Notes: a model not told the origin generated them from the letters alone. Shown: positions 11,925 through 25,756, counted from the stretch's first letter. The stretch is 64,000 nt of DNA from Octopus sinensis (GCF_006345805.1 NC_043004.1:86056001-86120000); one strand, 5' to 3'. Program-made: numbers and translations.

Positions 11925-12410
11925 ACATTGTTTTGTCTTGGTATAAAAGATGGGCTACAGCAAATATTCTGCTCAATACCACAGATTTGCTTGTCAGTTG
12001 TTTGACTTTAACCAGTTGAGCATGTCCCTTAGTGGCTGACAATATGTGCATCTCTGATCACGAGCAGAAGTAGTGGGGGAGCATCATAGCCATGTGTTGA
12101 GAGGGATTCTTTGGGGTTTGAATAATTCACCTCTGGAAACATGGGTGTTTCGTTCAACATCCTTAAACAACACTTATTCAGGGACCTTTCGAGTGGGATG
12201 GGTTACTCGACCTGAAGAAAATTCTAACTGGGTCCCACCTGCAAGGTCATGTGCTGTTTATTTTGATATGAGATATCCATGTCGCGCACATATGGTTGTG
12301 ATGCATGTGCCTGGTGTACCCTTATCACACGAGTAGTCATGATGGGTATACTGGGCTTCGTATATTTTACCCCAGTATCACTTTGATGGCATGCACTGCT
12401 CTCTCACTCA
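11925..12410 (+). mobile_element. Repeat X, second copy, embedded in (AAT)n
   Basis: Homologous to 10385-10846; (AAT)n on both sides. Confidence 0.7.
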
Positions 12411-12428
12411 ATAATAATAATAATAACG

Positions 12429-12476
<48 letters not shown>

Positions 12477-12511
12477 TTAATAATAATTATAATAATAATA
12501 ATAATAATTGC

Positions 12512-12930
12512 TTTTACTTTTACTTGTTTCAGTCATTTAACTGCGGCCATGCTAGAGCACTGCCTTTAGTCGAGCAAATCGCCCCCAGAGCGTATTCTGT
12601 GTAAGCCTAGTACTTATTCTATCGGTGTCTTTTGCCGAACCGCTAAGTTACGGGGACGTAAACACACCAGCATCGGTTGTCAAGCGATGTTGCGGGGGAG
12701 AAACACGGACACAAACACACACATACACACACACACACAAACATATATATATATATATACATGTACGACGGGCTTCTTCCAGTTTCCGTCTACCAAATCC
12801 ACTCAGAATGCTTTGGTCGGCCCGAGGCTATAGTAGAAGACAGTTGCCCAAGGTGCCACGCGGTGGGACTGAACACATGACCATGTGGTTGGTAAGCAAG
12901 CTACTTGCCACACAGTCACTCCAGCGCCTA
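12512..12930 (-). mobile_element. SINE family A, full length
   Basis: Head and tail match 7070-7461. Confidence 0.88.
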
Positions 12931-13308
12931 TAACAATAATAATAATAGTCCTTTATCTCTATGCACAATACCTGAATGTTTATGAGTGCTGGGGCCAATC
13001 GATTACATCGACTTCATTGCTGAACTGGTACTTACTTCATCCATATCAAAATGGCAACAGGCAAGATCGACCATGGCGAAATTTGAGCCCATACCATAAT
13101 ATGCCGGAAGAAATTACGTTAAAAATTTTGTTCGGTTTACGATTCTGCCGGTTCACTGCCTTACCACTGCAACTAATGATAGAGATTCTTAGTTTTCTTT
13201 GTGTTTCGGAACAATATTTATTGACGTGTCTTACTACAACTTTCGTAACAAAAACAGAAATATCAACGACATTTACGTAAGCATACACAAACGTCCTTTT
13301 TCTTGTAC

Positions 13309-13366
<58 letters not shown>

Positions 13367-14092
13367 ATATAAAATTCTTGGACGGGCTTCAGTTTTTGTA
13401 CTGCAGCCATGCAGTAACACCACGCCACCATAGCCGTATTCCAAAGACAGAATTGAGTACAAGAACATTAAAGTCAACCTGTAGTAGTTATTAAAATTTG
13501 AATTCAAGTGCCAATTACATAATTAAATAAAAATAATTATACGCGATAATGACGAAAGAATATCTTAATTATACAATATAATTATAATTAAATCAAGCAT
13601 TATTTAAAATTAAAGAACATAATTACAAGCATATATGCGGTACCAGTTGCCAAAATCGATATGGCGACATGTTTACTGGAATATTCGAAGTCACTCTATC
13701 AAGGCATCGCACAAAGCAATCGACCTCGCTGTCATACCGGTGCGAAGCAATTTTGTTTACAATAAAGCTAAGGCTGTCTCGTGCGCGCGTGCGTGTGTGT
13801 CTGTGCGCAAGTGTGTCTGTGTATGTATGTGCTAAGGCGTGTAAGATTGTTTTTGATGGTAAGTTCTCGATCTTAAGTTCGTGCTTTCCATTTCCGAACT
13901 AAACTGTGCATGGCATCATTCAGATGTGCCTATAACGTATATATATATACATATACATATATATATATATATATAATTTAAAAATAGGATAAAATCTTTG
14001 TAAGAATTTATGAAGTAGTTAGCGTGAAAAACCTCATAAGTGAAAAGTCCATCAATTTTTTTCTCTTAAATATATTTATTTATATTGAGGGT

Positions 14093-14267
14093 ATTACTAT
14101 ACATAAATGCCACACGCTAGGAGGGACTGGATATGCAGCTGAATTCTGTTTTTAAGAGGCTCACTTCGAGCGTTGCATTCCCTCGTATTCGGTACTATGT
14201 GTTTATTTATTCTGGTAGTTTTGACTTTAAGAATCCCTCCTAGCGTGTGGCATTTATGTATAGTAAT
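14093..14267. repeat. Perfect 34-bp inverted repeat with 107-bp spacer
   Basis: ATTACTATACATAAATGCCACACGCTAGGAGGGA at 14093-14126 and its reverse complement at 14234-14267. Confidence 0.92.
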
Positions 14268-14288
14268 GTCCTATATACATACATATAT

Positions 14289-14375
<87 letters not shown>

Positions 14376-14517
14376 CATACATACAATTGCAGCATGGAAG
14401 GTGTTTGTAAGCCATTTAAGAACACACAAAAGCCGTTCGATTCACATCAAAATTTAAGTTTAATTTGCTATGGAAGTACATCTCCGTAATATATATATAC
14501 ATATATATATACATATA

Positions 14518-14555
<38 letters not shown>

Positions 14556-14651
14556 GAAAATAGTAAAAAGTGAAAAAACTACAGAAGGCTTGTTTTAAAA
14601 GGTTAAAAAATATATATTTGAGTCACTACGTCTGAAGAATGTATGTATATA

Positions 14652-14848
14652 GGGAGAATTCACAAAAAAAAAACAAACAAACAAAAGCCGAAGACAGGTG
14701 GTGTAGACAGCAAATAGATGTATTAGTATAACGCTTGGGAAGTGAAAAAGTCTTTAACGTTTCCAGCCTACGGTCTTCCACAGAAGGGAACACGGAAAGA
14801 AACAAGGAGAGAAAATAAAGCATGTGTAGTGGCTAGCGATCTATCATA
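14652..14848 (-). mobile_element. Repeat family H with degenerate hammerhead-like motif (14750-14791)
   Basis: CUGUGGA-A-GACC-GUAG-GCUG-GAAAC-GUU-AAAGAC on the minus strand. Confidence 0.7.
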
Positions 14849-14879
14849 TATATATATATATTCTTTTCTGGTTTTAGTT

Positions 14880-15092
14880 ACTTAACTTCTTACTCTGCAG
14901 AAATATCTTGATTCTAAAAATCATACAAAGCCCCAGCGTAGCAATGCAGATAACAAAAACATTACATTTTAAACTTGAGAAACGTCTTGCATATTTTTAC
15001 TGTTCCATTTATAAATTGTATTTGTAACGTGCAAATCAGGTGGTTGATTTCTTTTACTGAAAAACCTGGCTCATCCAGATTGTCACTTAAGC

Positions 15093-15095
<3 letters not shown>
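14880..15095 (-). mobile_element. R4-clade RLE C-terminal fragment next to (CATA)n
   Basis: Homologous to 19880-20050 (encodes ...LICTLQIQFINGTVKICKTFLKF); 5' junction at CATACATA. Confidence 0.7.
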
Positions 15096-15123
<28 letters not shown>

Positions 15124-15199
15124 TGTATGTATGTATGTATGTATGTATGTATGTATGTATGTATGTATGTATGTATGTATGTGTAGCTTTTATATGTAT

Positions 15200-15488
15200 G
15201 TGTAGATTTGTATGTATGTGTAGATTTGTATGTTTTATATATATATATATTCTCATGCCTATAGTTGCATATCTAGATATGCTCATATATATTTAAATGT
15301 TAAACTTCTGGAAAGTTTTACAGGTTTCTACAGTTCCTGTGATGGAATAAATCTGTAGTCTTCAAATTAGCTTTCTCCATTCTGATCCTGAGAAGTCCAG
15401 TTCCTCAAGATTTGTATTTAGGCAGTGTGTTACATAGCCCAGTGCCCCAATAATCACAGGTATAAACCTGAACTTGTAATCTGGATAT
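15200..15488 (-). mobile_element. R4-clade RLE C-terminus plus 3' UTR fragment in (CATA)n
   Basis: YPDYKFRFIPVIIGALGYV; homologous to 21275-21560; 5' junction at CATACATA. Confidence 0.8.
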
Positions 15489-16403
15489 GTATGTATGCAT
15501 GTATATATGTGTATGTGCGTATGTATACGTACGCACGCAGGTATGCATGCATGTATACATGTATATGTATATATAAGTGTGTATGTATATATGTATATTT
15601 TTTACCGTTTATCTTTCACTGGTTTCAGCTTGAGGTTGAGGCCATGCTGGAGCACCGTTCTTCAGTGTCACTGCATTTATTTTCTGGTGAAGTAGCGAAT
15701 TGGTGTTTAGTTTAGGTGCTTAAATGTAATATTAATGCTTAATCGGCTTCAAACGCATGTATGTATGGAATTTCTGTGTATGTATATATTTTTGGATGGC
15801 TACGCATGTGTGTGTTTGCACATATGATCATATTGTGTACGTTGCATCTACACACGCATCTATATATGCATATGTATTGATGTGAAAATCTTCATGCATA
15901 AAAATACATAAAGCAATGAGCAATGAACGTATAATTGAATAGCATTTAATATATAAAAGTAGATTATGATTGATATTTTCACACTGAAATACGAGGTCAG
16001 TACACACACGCGTACACACATATATACGCATGCACACAAAATGAATATATATATTTTATCTGATTCACCAACACACCCGACTATATCATTATGAAAGTTT
16101 CCTTGATGTTTTAAAAGACTTTGCACTCTTTCTTTCCTATATTCGGTTCGGAACTATTAAAATATTTTTGCATCTTAAATACTTGAGCTTCTATCCTACA
16201 AACATATATATTTATAAATATTTCACACTCAATTATATTTTGTACTTACCATATCGCTTCACCTCAGGTTCATCTGAAAAATAGGCGAAAGAAAATTGAA
16301 TGAGATAAGAGAGAAATTAGAATTTGCAAATATATACCCACGAATATACACTAGGACATATATATTAATTTTACCAAATAGCTTTATATATATATGTATA
16401 TAT

Positions 16404-16437
<34 letters not shown>

Positions 16438-16583
16438 ATATATATATATATAATATATATATATATATGTATGAATATAAGACGCTTCAGATTCACACAC
16501 AGTAGGAATTGATAAATGCTTCAGTCTTTTATGATGAAATATATGCAAACGCGCGCGCGCACACATACATATGTATGTATATG

Positions 16584-16619
<36 letters not shown>

Positions 16620-17012
16620 TATATATATATATATATATATATAATGATAACACCAACAATAGTAAAAAAGTGATAATAATAAAAATGATCATAATGATGA
16701 TGATGATTATAATAATAATAATAATAATATAATAATATAATAATAATAATATATAATAATAATAATAATAATAAGGTTCATGAGAAGTGTTAAAATGATA
16801 TCTACTCTATATACTTGCAGCTGTTTCGTAATTCGTTTTCGGTACAATCATGGCGGAGTGCTTAATATTCAGTTCTGTTTGGTCCTCTGAAAACATGTTA
16901 CCAATTATTTGTATGTACGTAAGCATGTATGTATGGATGGATATGTGTATATATATATATATATATTATATATATTATATATATTATATATATATATTAT
17001 ATATATATAATA

Positions 17013-17045
<33 letters not shown>

Positions 17046-17049
17046 ATAA

Positions 17050-17088
<39 letters not shown>

Positions 17089-17093
17089 GTATA

Positions 17094-17368
17094 TGGAAGA
17101 GCAATGACCCAATGGTTAAGGTAGCGGACTCGCGGTCTTAGGATCGCGGTTTCGATTCCCAGACTGGGCATTGTGAGTGTTTATTGAGGGGGAAAAACAA
17201 CTAAAGCTCCACGAACCTCCGGTTGGGGGTGTTGGTGAACCCTGCTGTACTCTTTCATCACAACCTTCTCTCACTCTTTCTTCCTGTTTCTGTTGTACCT
17301 GTATTTCAAAGGGCCAGCCTTGTCACACTCTGTGTCACGCTGAATCTCTCCGAGAACTACATAGGGAG
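17094..17368 (+). mobile_element. SINE head C with tail T1 (3'-truncated)
   Basis: Matches 45394-45783. Confidence 0.85.
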
Positions 17369-17369
17369 T

Positions 17370-17658
17370 TAGTACCGTGACGACATTTTAGGACAGCTGC
17401 TAATCACGTTTGTGATGTCTTCCACAGAAACATAAGATAGGATACACATGCGGTTGCACCTTGGCATTACAAGAGTGTCACTGTCTTGTTCATCTGGTAC
17501 TTTGTGGCAATCCCCTGTCCCTGGATTGCAAACATATAGCCTTCAAAGTGTGATGTGATGTAAGATTCCTTGTGTCCAAGAGAGGCTGCCCTTCGTGTCA
17601 ATTCTACGGACTTCTGGGCAACAAACCACTGAATAGTCTTTCATTTTTTGTTGTAAGT
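17370..17658 (-). mobile_element. Degenerate R4-clade fragment (pre-zinc-knuckle region)
   Basis: SHFEGYMFAIQGQGIATKY ... VEDITNVISSCPKMSSR; homologous to 20760-20960. Confidence 0.75.
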
Positions 17659-17659
17659 A

Positions 17660-17790
17660 GGTATGTATGAATGTCATTGTTCAGTTTTATTTCAAGATTT
17701 CTTGCTGATAGAGAAAGAGTCGGTTTCTAGCCCAGATTCAACGCTCCTTCATTAAAATTTCATCATCAACAACAGAGTATTTTGTAAGTA
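17660..17790 (-). mobile_element. 3' UTR end of the CATA-associated R4 element
   Basis: Reverse complement matches 21590-21700, ending AAAACTGAA(C/T)AATGACAT. Confidence 0.75.
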
Positions 17791-17816
17791 ATGAATGTAG
17801 CATGTATTCTATCTGT

Positions 17817-18563
17817 CTATACATACATGCATACATACATACATACATACATGCATACATACATACATACACATACATACATACATGCATACATACATAC
17901 ATACATACATACATACATACATGCATACACACATACATACATACATACATACATACATACATACATACATACATACATACATACATACATACATACATAC
18001 ATACATACATACATACATACATGCATACACACATACATACATACATACATACATACATGCATACATACATACATACATACATACATACATACATACATAC
18101 ATGCATACACACATACATACATACATACATACATACATACATACATACATACATACATACATGCATACATACATACATACATACATACATACATACATAC
18201 ATACATGCATACATACATACATACATACATACATACATACATGCATACACACATACATACATACATACATACATACATACATACATACATACATACACAT
18301 ACATACATACATACATACATACATACATACATACATACATACATACATACATACATGCATACATACATACATACATACATACATACATACATGCATACAC
18401 ACATACATACATACATACATACATACATACTACATACATGCATACATACATACATACATACATACATACATACATACATACATGCATACATACATACATA
18501 CATACATACATACATACATACATACATACATACATACATACATGCATACATACATACATACAT
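17817..18563. repeat. About 750 bp (CATA)n microsatellite with CATG/CACA interruptions
   Basis: Direct; source of the MYVC/HTYI pseudo-ORFs. Confidence 0.98.
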
Positions 18564-19274
18564 AGTTGAGTACAAGAATGTTGGTCAAAGCCTGTCTTAA
18601 AATGCCGTCGATTTTGATGGGACGGGTATACTAGTTAATATACCTTTTTTTTCTCCTTGCAGTGTTGAAATCGTGTTGCATTGAATATCTCATACGTTAT
18701 ACAACTGAGAACAAACATAATATCACAACTTAAAAAACAAAATTTTTCTATATTACTTCAGTTAATCGCCATTTATGTCTATTTATTATTTTAAGAGGAT
18801 TAAACTTCTACATGTCTGAGATTAATAGTTGTCAGTAAGATTAATATTACCCAAGCTGTTTACTTCATTTGGAGAGATGAAATATTTTAAATATTTATAT
18901 CAACATTATATGTCGTTTTGTTTGGCCTTTGATCACCACCAGGCTTTTTTTTCTTTTTATTCTTGGTTCCATACTGATTACTATGCAGTCTCTGTGGAAC
19001 TTTTTAAGTTATCTCCCGTTCGACATTCATGAAAACTTACGTAACGCATTAAAGTTAATAATTCAATTAAATATATCTGAGTGTGTTTTAACATATGTAT
19101 ATATCTATACATATGGTTAAGCACATAAATGCAAAATAAGGTGGGGAAATAGTACTTGAATACCGAAGGTAGAACAAATTGCTTTTTCTTTTTTATTAAA
19201 TATGCAAAAACATCGCAAAAATTGATACTCAGAGTATCAGTATTTTTAATGTTTTCACAACTTTCATAAAAACG

Positions 19275-19427
19275 TAGATATGGCTGTGCGGTAAGAAGCT
19301 TGCTTCCCAGCCGCATGGATCCGGGTTCAGTCCCACTGCGTGGCACCTTGGACAAGTGTCTTCTATTATAGCCTTGGGCCGACCAAAGCCTTGTGAGTGA
19401 ATTTGGTAGGTGGAAACTGGAAGAAGC

Positions 19428-19432
<5 letters not shown>
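19275..19432 (+). mobile_element. SINE A, 5' half
   Basis: TGGCTGTGCGGTAAG...GGTTCAGTCCCACTGCGTGGCACC. Confidence 0.85.
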
Positions 19433-19474
<42 letters not shown>

Positions 19475-19499
19475 CAGATATAAAGTCGACGTTTAAAAA

Positions 19500-20118
19500 T
19501 ATAAATTGTCGTCATAGTACTACCTCCCTGTGCAGCATGATGTTGTCGCTAAACTAATTTACAATGTTATCCACAAAAATGACTTTCCTGAAATAAACTT
19601 AGAAAATCCCTCAGTTATGGAGTACATTCACGAACACCAACTCAAATATTCCCATCAAAACTTCTGTCAAATGTAAACGTATCAGGCCGGATATTGTTGT
19701 TTGGGACAGAGAGCAAAAGGCGTGTACTACCATAGAGATAAGCTACCCTGCAGATATAAATACCTCTTTGAAAATCAAAGAGGATATCTATAGACAACTA
19801 CTTCGAAACCTCCAACTTCTATATCCAGACTGAATTCATATTCATACCACTAGTAATTGGGGCATTAGGTTTTGTTAGTAAATGCTTAAAGGAGAATCTG
19901 GATAAACTGGAATTTTCAGAAATAGAAATCGACCGGCTGATTCGTACATTACAAGTGCAATATGTGAATGGAACAGTAAAAATATGCAAGACTTTTCCCA
20001 AATTCCAAATGTGAATTTGTCTGAGTTAACTGCATCCCAAAGCTGGAGCCTTGTATTTTTGTTGGAAACTGGCTCCCTCTTCAGTGGAAGATTTATAATG
20101 ATTAAAAAATAGAAGAAA
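19500..20118 (+). mobile_element. Degenerate R4-clade RLE domain plus 3' UTR, ending at (CATA)n
   Basis: QHDVVAKLIY, RPDIVVWDREQKACTTIEISYPADIN, FIPLVIGALGF. Confidence 0.8.
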
Positions 20119-20213
20119 CATACATGCATACATACATACATACATACATACATACATACATACATACATACATACATACACACATGCATACATACATACA
20201 TACATACATACAT

Positions 20214-21700
20214 ATGTAACAAAACACGTGTCACTAAAGAATATTACAGCCGAATAAAGAAAATTTGGACCTCAGAACTCTTTGCATTCAATAAAATAGT
20301 GGCCCACAATGTGTTTTCATTACCAGTACTTATACCAATATTTGGCCTGCTTGATTGGACGCTTCATGAGATCTGAGCTATCGATGGAAAAACCCGAAGA
20401 ATATTAACAAACACACATAATTCCCACATAAACAGTGACCGAAAAGGAAAACAAGGTGACAGAGGGTTCACAGTGATCCAAAATGGATGTCGCATCATAT
20501 CCCTTCGGCAACATCTTTTAACCACCAAATGTCGAAGTCGAACCCTTGACCAAGTTTGCATACATGAGGCTGATAACATAATAAGTCTTGGAAGGCAGCG
20601 CCTTGAGCAACATTCCTTGTCTGATAACCTTAAATATCTGCTCAAATATCTCATCAGATGAAAGAACGTTATGTGCAGAAAACTATGCATGTCAGAAGAA
20701 AGCTCCGACATGATAGTAATACTGATCAACAAAGCAGTCTATCACGGGCCAATAGCTGGATTACTACCCTCCCCTTTGAAGGGTATGTATTTGCAATCCA
20801 GGAAAGGAAATATCCACAAAATACGCGATGCACAAAAGGGATAGAGATGCAGGAAAAGCAGTAAAATGTGACAACCGATGCAGACTTTGTGGCGTTAACA
20901 CCGAAGATACCACCCATATCATAAGCAGTTGTCTGAAAATGTCATCATGGTATTATCTATCGATGAGACATGATGTTGTAGCTAGGACACTCTATAAGGA
21001 AATCCGTCGGAAGAATAAGCCCATGGACAAAGAAATAAGAACTCACAGTACAGTAGACGCCATAGCCACTCATAATAAAAAGGATTCTGGTGGAATGTCC
21101 CTGTGAAAACCTCAATAAAATGTAAGCAAAACAGACCTGATATAATGATTTGGTATAGAGAAGAGTAACTGTGTACAGTTGTGGAAATAGGCTGACCAGC
21201 GGATGTTAACATAAAGCTGAAGATCAGTGAAAAAGAGAACACCTATGCTGAACTATTGAAAAATCTGCAGTTACTCTATCCAGTTTACAAGTAAAGGTTT
21301 ATACCTGTTATTATTTGGTGCCTGGGATATGTAATAGACTGCTTAATTACCAGTCTTGAGAAATTAGGCTTCTCAAAACCAGAAAGTTGATTCGAAGACT
21401 AAAGATCCAATCCATCACTGGAACTGTAAAAATCTCCGAAACTTTCCAGAAGTTTATCATTTAAATATATATGAGCATGTCTAGATATGCAGCTATATGC
21501 ATGATAATACATACACAAAACAAAACATACAAATCTGCACAAATATATGCATACATATACATACATATACATACATACATAGAAACGAAAATACCCTGTC
21601 GTTGATATTGAAATTCCTATGAAGGAGCCTTGGATCTAGGTTAGAAACCGGCTCTTTCGCTATTGGCAAGAAATATTGACATAAAACTGAATAATGACAT
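20214..21700 (+). mobile_element. 5'-truncated degenerate R4-clade retrotransposon (RT thumb, zinc knuckle, RLE, 3' UTR) in (CATA)n
   Basis: FEGYVFAIQE, CRLCGVNTEDTTHIISSC, RHDVVA, RPDIMIW, VEIG*PAD; CATACATA at both junctions. Confidence 0.88.
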
Positions 21701-21773
21701 ACATACAGATATGCATGCATACACACGTATGTACACACACATTATATAAATATCGTTTTGGTATGTTCTTTAT

Positions 21774-22040
21774 TGAGGCACATGGCCTAGTGGTTAGAGC
21801 AGCGTACTCGCGGTTGAGGGATCGCGGGTTCGAGTCTAAGACCGGGTGATGTGTGTATTTAGGAGCGAAACACCTAAGCTCTACGCGGCTCCAGTAGAAG
21901 GTAATGGCGTACTTCTGCTGACTCTTTCGCCACAACTTTATCTCCCTCTTTCCTTCTGTATCTTGCAGCTCACCAGGTGGGGAACGTATACGCCAAGGAA
22001 ACCGGGAAACCAGGCGTGGCTCGAGAAGGAACAAACAATG
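21774..22040 (+). mobile_element. SINE with head-C-like 5' end and tail T3
   Basis: GAGGCACATGGCCTAGTGGTTAG...GGGTTCGAGTC; tail GGGGAACGTATACGCCAAGGAAACCGGGAAACC shared with 27590-27635. Confidence 0.75.
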
Positions 22041-22372
22041 TTCTTTATTAAAGCCGTTACATACATATAACATAGTATAAGAATTTTATTCAATATAGGT
22101 TCAGTGCTTATATGCCATATGGTTGATATAAATTAGTCTCTGTAGGCGTTATAGGAAAATTTTCATGCTGTTGCTGAATCAATGATGGCAACACTCATTA
22201 TTCTCGTAACATTTACGAATGAGAGTAACGAATCTCTGAACATTTGGCAATGCAATTTGATTACATAATATATGCATAGTTTATATTATATAACTGATAA
22301 GCATTCTTTGTTAATGGAAGGCGCGTAAGACGATTTTATAAATAAAAAAAAAATCCTGCTTTGGTTGGTTTG

Positions 22373-22412
<40 letters not shown>

Positions 22413-22569
22413 ATATATATGTGTGTGTGTGTGTGTGTGCGCGCGATTGTGTATACGTATGTATGTATGTATGAATGTATATATGTGTGTTTGTGTGTAT
22501 ATGTATACGCACACCGAAGTTTATTACAAAGGATTCATTGGAGGGCAGCACGATCGATTCTTGTGATGT

Positions 22570-22670
22570 ACATTTAATCCGTTGTTCTGTTCAACACCAC
22601 TGCGTCACCCTTCTATGCAGTCACCAAGTTTCACCTTGTTGCCTTCATTAGAGTGAAATCTCCGTCTTTA
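22570..22670 (-). pseudogene. Possible Penelope RT N-terminal remnant
   Basis: VTA*KGDAVVLNRTTD* resembles the PLE (P/K)ADKGN..VV(L/M)...DY motif. Confidence 0.4.
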
Positions 22671-23512
22671 GGATACACAGATATCTTGAGCTCCTATTAT
22701 CTTCTGCAGAAAGGCATCACCAAATGGTATGTCGTGCCGGCTTGCCTTCATTCTCGTTCGTTCGTTCGTTCCTTTCTTTCCTCGAACTCCTCCCACCGTT
22801 ACCAATTTAAGACACGTTTCAAAAGGTCACGAATTTTTGACCTTCCTCCTCGGAATACGTCCAAGTTAGTCGTTATTGCAGGCATTAAGAAACAAAAACA
22901 AAACTACATAAAACATGAGAAACCATGAATTATTGAGTTCAATACTAAACCATATATCTAGCCTTCATTCAAAATAAATAAATATGTTGAGATAAATCAT
23001 ACATGTCAAATGTGTTTATGTCTGGGAAATATTTCCAAATATTCAACTGGATAATTTAACTCATGGAATTGCTTTTTCTTTTACTTTAAAAAACAAAACA
23101 AAACAAAAGCAACAGAATTTAACGGCTATTGGTCATTGGGCTTGGGTCACGTGTTGTAGTAGATCGTATTGACTGATGAATTTATTTTAGTCTGGTTTAT
23201 ATTTTATTGATCTACATTTACAAACTAGTTGAGTTAACTTTTTGACGCAGTTTCACTTTAAAAGGTTGTTCCTTCTTTTTGTCTGTCTGTCTCTGACTCT
23301 CTCTCTCTCTCTCTGTCACACACTCTATCAGTCTCTCCCTTCCTCTCTCTTGTCCCCCCTTTCTCTCTCTGTGTCACACACACCATCATTCTCTCCCTTC
23401 CTCTCCCCCCTATCTCTACACCTCAAAAGTAAATATACACACTCGTTATACCGTTATGTCTGCGAGGACACTACCTAATGTTTCAAGTTTGTTAATGTAC
23501 TATACAAAAAAG

Positions 23513-23848
23513 GTGAAGGCGCATAGCTCAGTGGTTAGAGCGTCGATCTTAAGATCGAGAGATTGTAAGTTCGAATCCCGGACCGGGTTGCAAGTTGTGT
23601 TCTTGAGCAAGACACTTTATTTCGTGTTGCTCCAGTTCACTCAGCCGTAGAAATGAGTTGCTATGTCAGTGGTGCCAAGCGGTATCGGCCTTTGCCTTTC
23701 CCTTGGATAACACTGGTGGCGCAGAGAGGGGAGGCCGGTAGGCATTGGTGACTGCTGGTCTTCCATAAACAACCTCGCCCGGACTTGTGCCTGGGAGGGT
23801 AACTTCCTAGGTACAATCCCATGGTCAGTCATGATCGAAGGGGGTCTC
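23513..23848 (+). mobile_element. CORE-type tRNA SINE (head D, tail T2)
   Basis: TAGCTCAGTGGTTAGAGCG...AGTTCGAATCCC; CORE-like TCTTGAGCAAGACACTT...GTAGAAATGAG. Confidence 0.85.
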
Positions 23849-24144
23849 AGCATGCAAAGAGCATGTCTGCTAAATATTACATTAAACATTTAAATGCATG
23901 AAATAATATTACGTTGCTCCTAAAAAAAAATAAGTCTTTTAAACATGGTCGTGTCTATTTTCGATATGTCTATGTGTGTATTATGTGTGTATGTGTCTGC
24001 ATACGTATGCATGAATATATATCCCAGATTACGCATCCTTGCGCCACATTTGTTGGTAAGCAAGCTACTCACCACATTATTAATATATATGTTCATAGAA
24101 ACACATAAATACCTATGAAGGTATGTTAACTAACAGGCATTTCA

Positions 24145-24400
24145 TCAGTTGCAACGATGACGGAGACAGTTGATTCGACCACAGGATCAGACTGCTCGTG
24201 AAATTAACATGCAAGTGGCTGAGTACTCCACAGACAAAGTGGTTCTCTAGGAAATTCAGTGTGTCACAGAATGTGGGATGGTCGGCCCTTTGAATTACAG
24301 GTACAAACCATTTTTGCCGAGTGGGTGGACTGGTGTACTCTGAAATAAAGTGTTTTTCTCAAGGACACAACGCGCTACCGGGAATCGAACTCACGAACTT
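24145..24400 (-). mobile_element. Degenerate SINE (head D, tail T1)
   Basis: Homologous to 52535-52822. Confidence 0.65.
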
Positions 24401-25040
24401 GTTTTCTGTTTTCCTTTACCAAACCTCATGATATTGCTTCTAATATATCTTGATTTTTATGACCTCCCTCAGCCCTACCCCTAACAAATACTGCCCTCTG
24501 TTATCTCAGCCTTAGATATACAATGTATTTGATAAACTAGTCTATAAATTGAAACTTACCCCATAAACAAAACAAATCAGTGACAGGCAGAGTTTGTAAC
24601 AATCTATATCTTCTTGAAAACTTAGTAAATTCTATGCTGGAGTAAGACAGAATGTTCTTTGTCCATCTCCTTAATTTCTTGGAGATTTTAGGTATAATTA
24701 TACTAATGTGTCCATCTCTTCTAATTTAATTAAATTCTATGTCTTTGTGCAGCTGAAGATTGCTCTGCATTTTAAATTGATGTTATTAATAATTGCATTC
24801 TTCAATTAAATGGAGTTGCATGAAATGATCGTACTGCATTACCTCTGGATATCCTTGTTTATATATATATATATACATATAACAGAGTAAGCACATAAAT
24901 GTGAAACAAGGGGGAGAGAAATAGTACACGAGTACCGGAAGTAGTTTGATGTGGTAGAGAAATTGAAAGGAGCCCATCGTGTGTATATATATATATATAG
25001 ACAAATAGATAGATATGTAGATAGACAGACAGATAGACAC

Positions 25041-25116
<76 letters not shown>

Positions 25117-25756
25117 ATAGATAGAGAGATACATAGTCTTACTCTTCTCATTATTGCACATATAATGTGGGTCGTATTTTCCCAGCGTCTTTATATGCCT
25201 TTATAGTCTCGTTCAGTTGTGCTTGTGAGTGTGTGATTTAGTTTTGTCTGATTAGAAAAATCACAGGGGAGTTTAAATCCAGAATACAGATCGCTGCTTT
25301 AACCAAAGTAAAGTATCGATCGATTGTAGACAATCAAAGCAATACTAAAGCTTCCCTAACAGTTAAGCGATGTGCTACATATAGATACGCCCAGAGCCGA
25401 TAATGTATAGTAATAATAATAGAATTACCATTCTCTCTTCCAAGTGTGTGTGTGCGTATATGTGTAAGAGAAGGAGAGAGAGAGATAGAGAAACGGAGTG
25501 TGTGTGTGCGAAGGTGCGCATGTGCGTGTATGTGTGTGTGTGTTTCTAGTATGTTTATGTATGTGCGTATGTATGTCTTATATGTCTAAGACTGCGCCGC
25601 ACTCACATACACTCACGCACACACACGAATGTATTCAAAGTACATCCAGACGGATGAAGACAACACCACAAACAGACAGACACATTGATATATAATACCT
25701 GTCACATATGTGTGTCTATATAATTATATATATATATACACATACATACATACATA

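Noticed and set aside
17738-18600. 200-270 aa ORFs in all six frames
   Set aside because: (CATA)n repeat lacks stop codons
23513-23590. tRNA gene
   Set aside because: No proper acceptor stem or terminator; continues into a CORE SINE body. The same applies to the other tRNA-like heads
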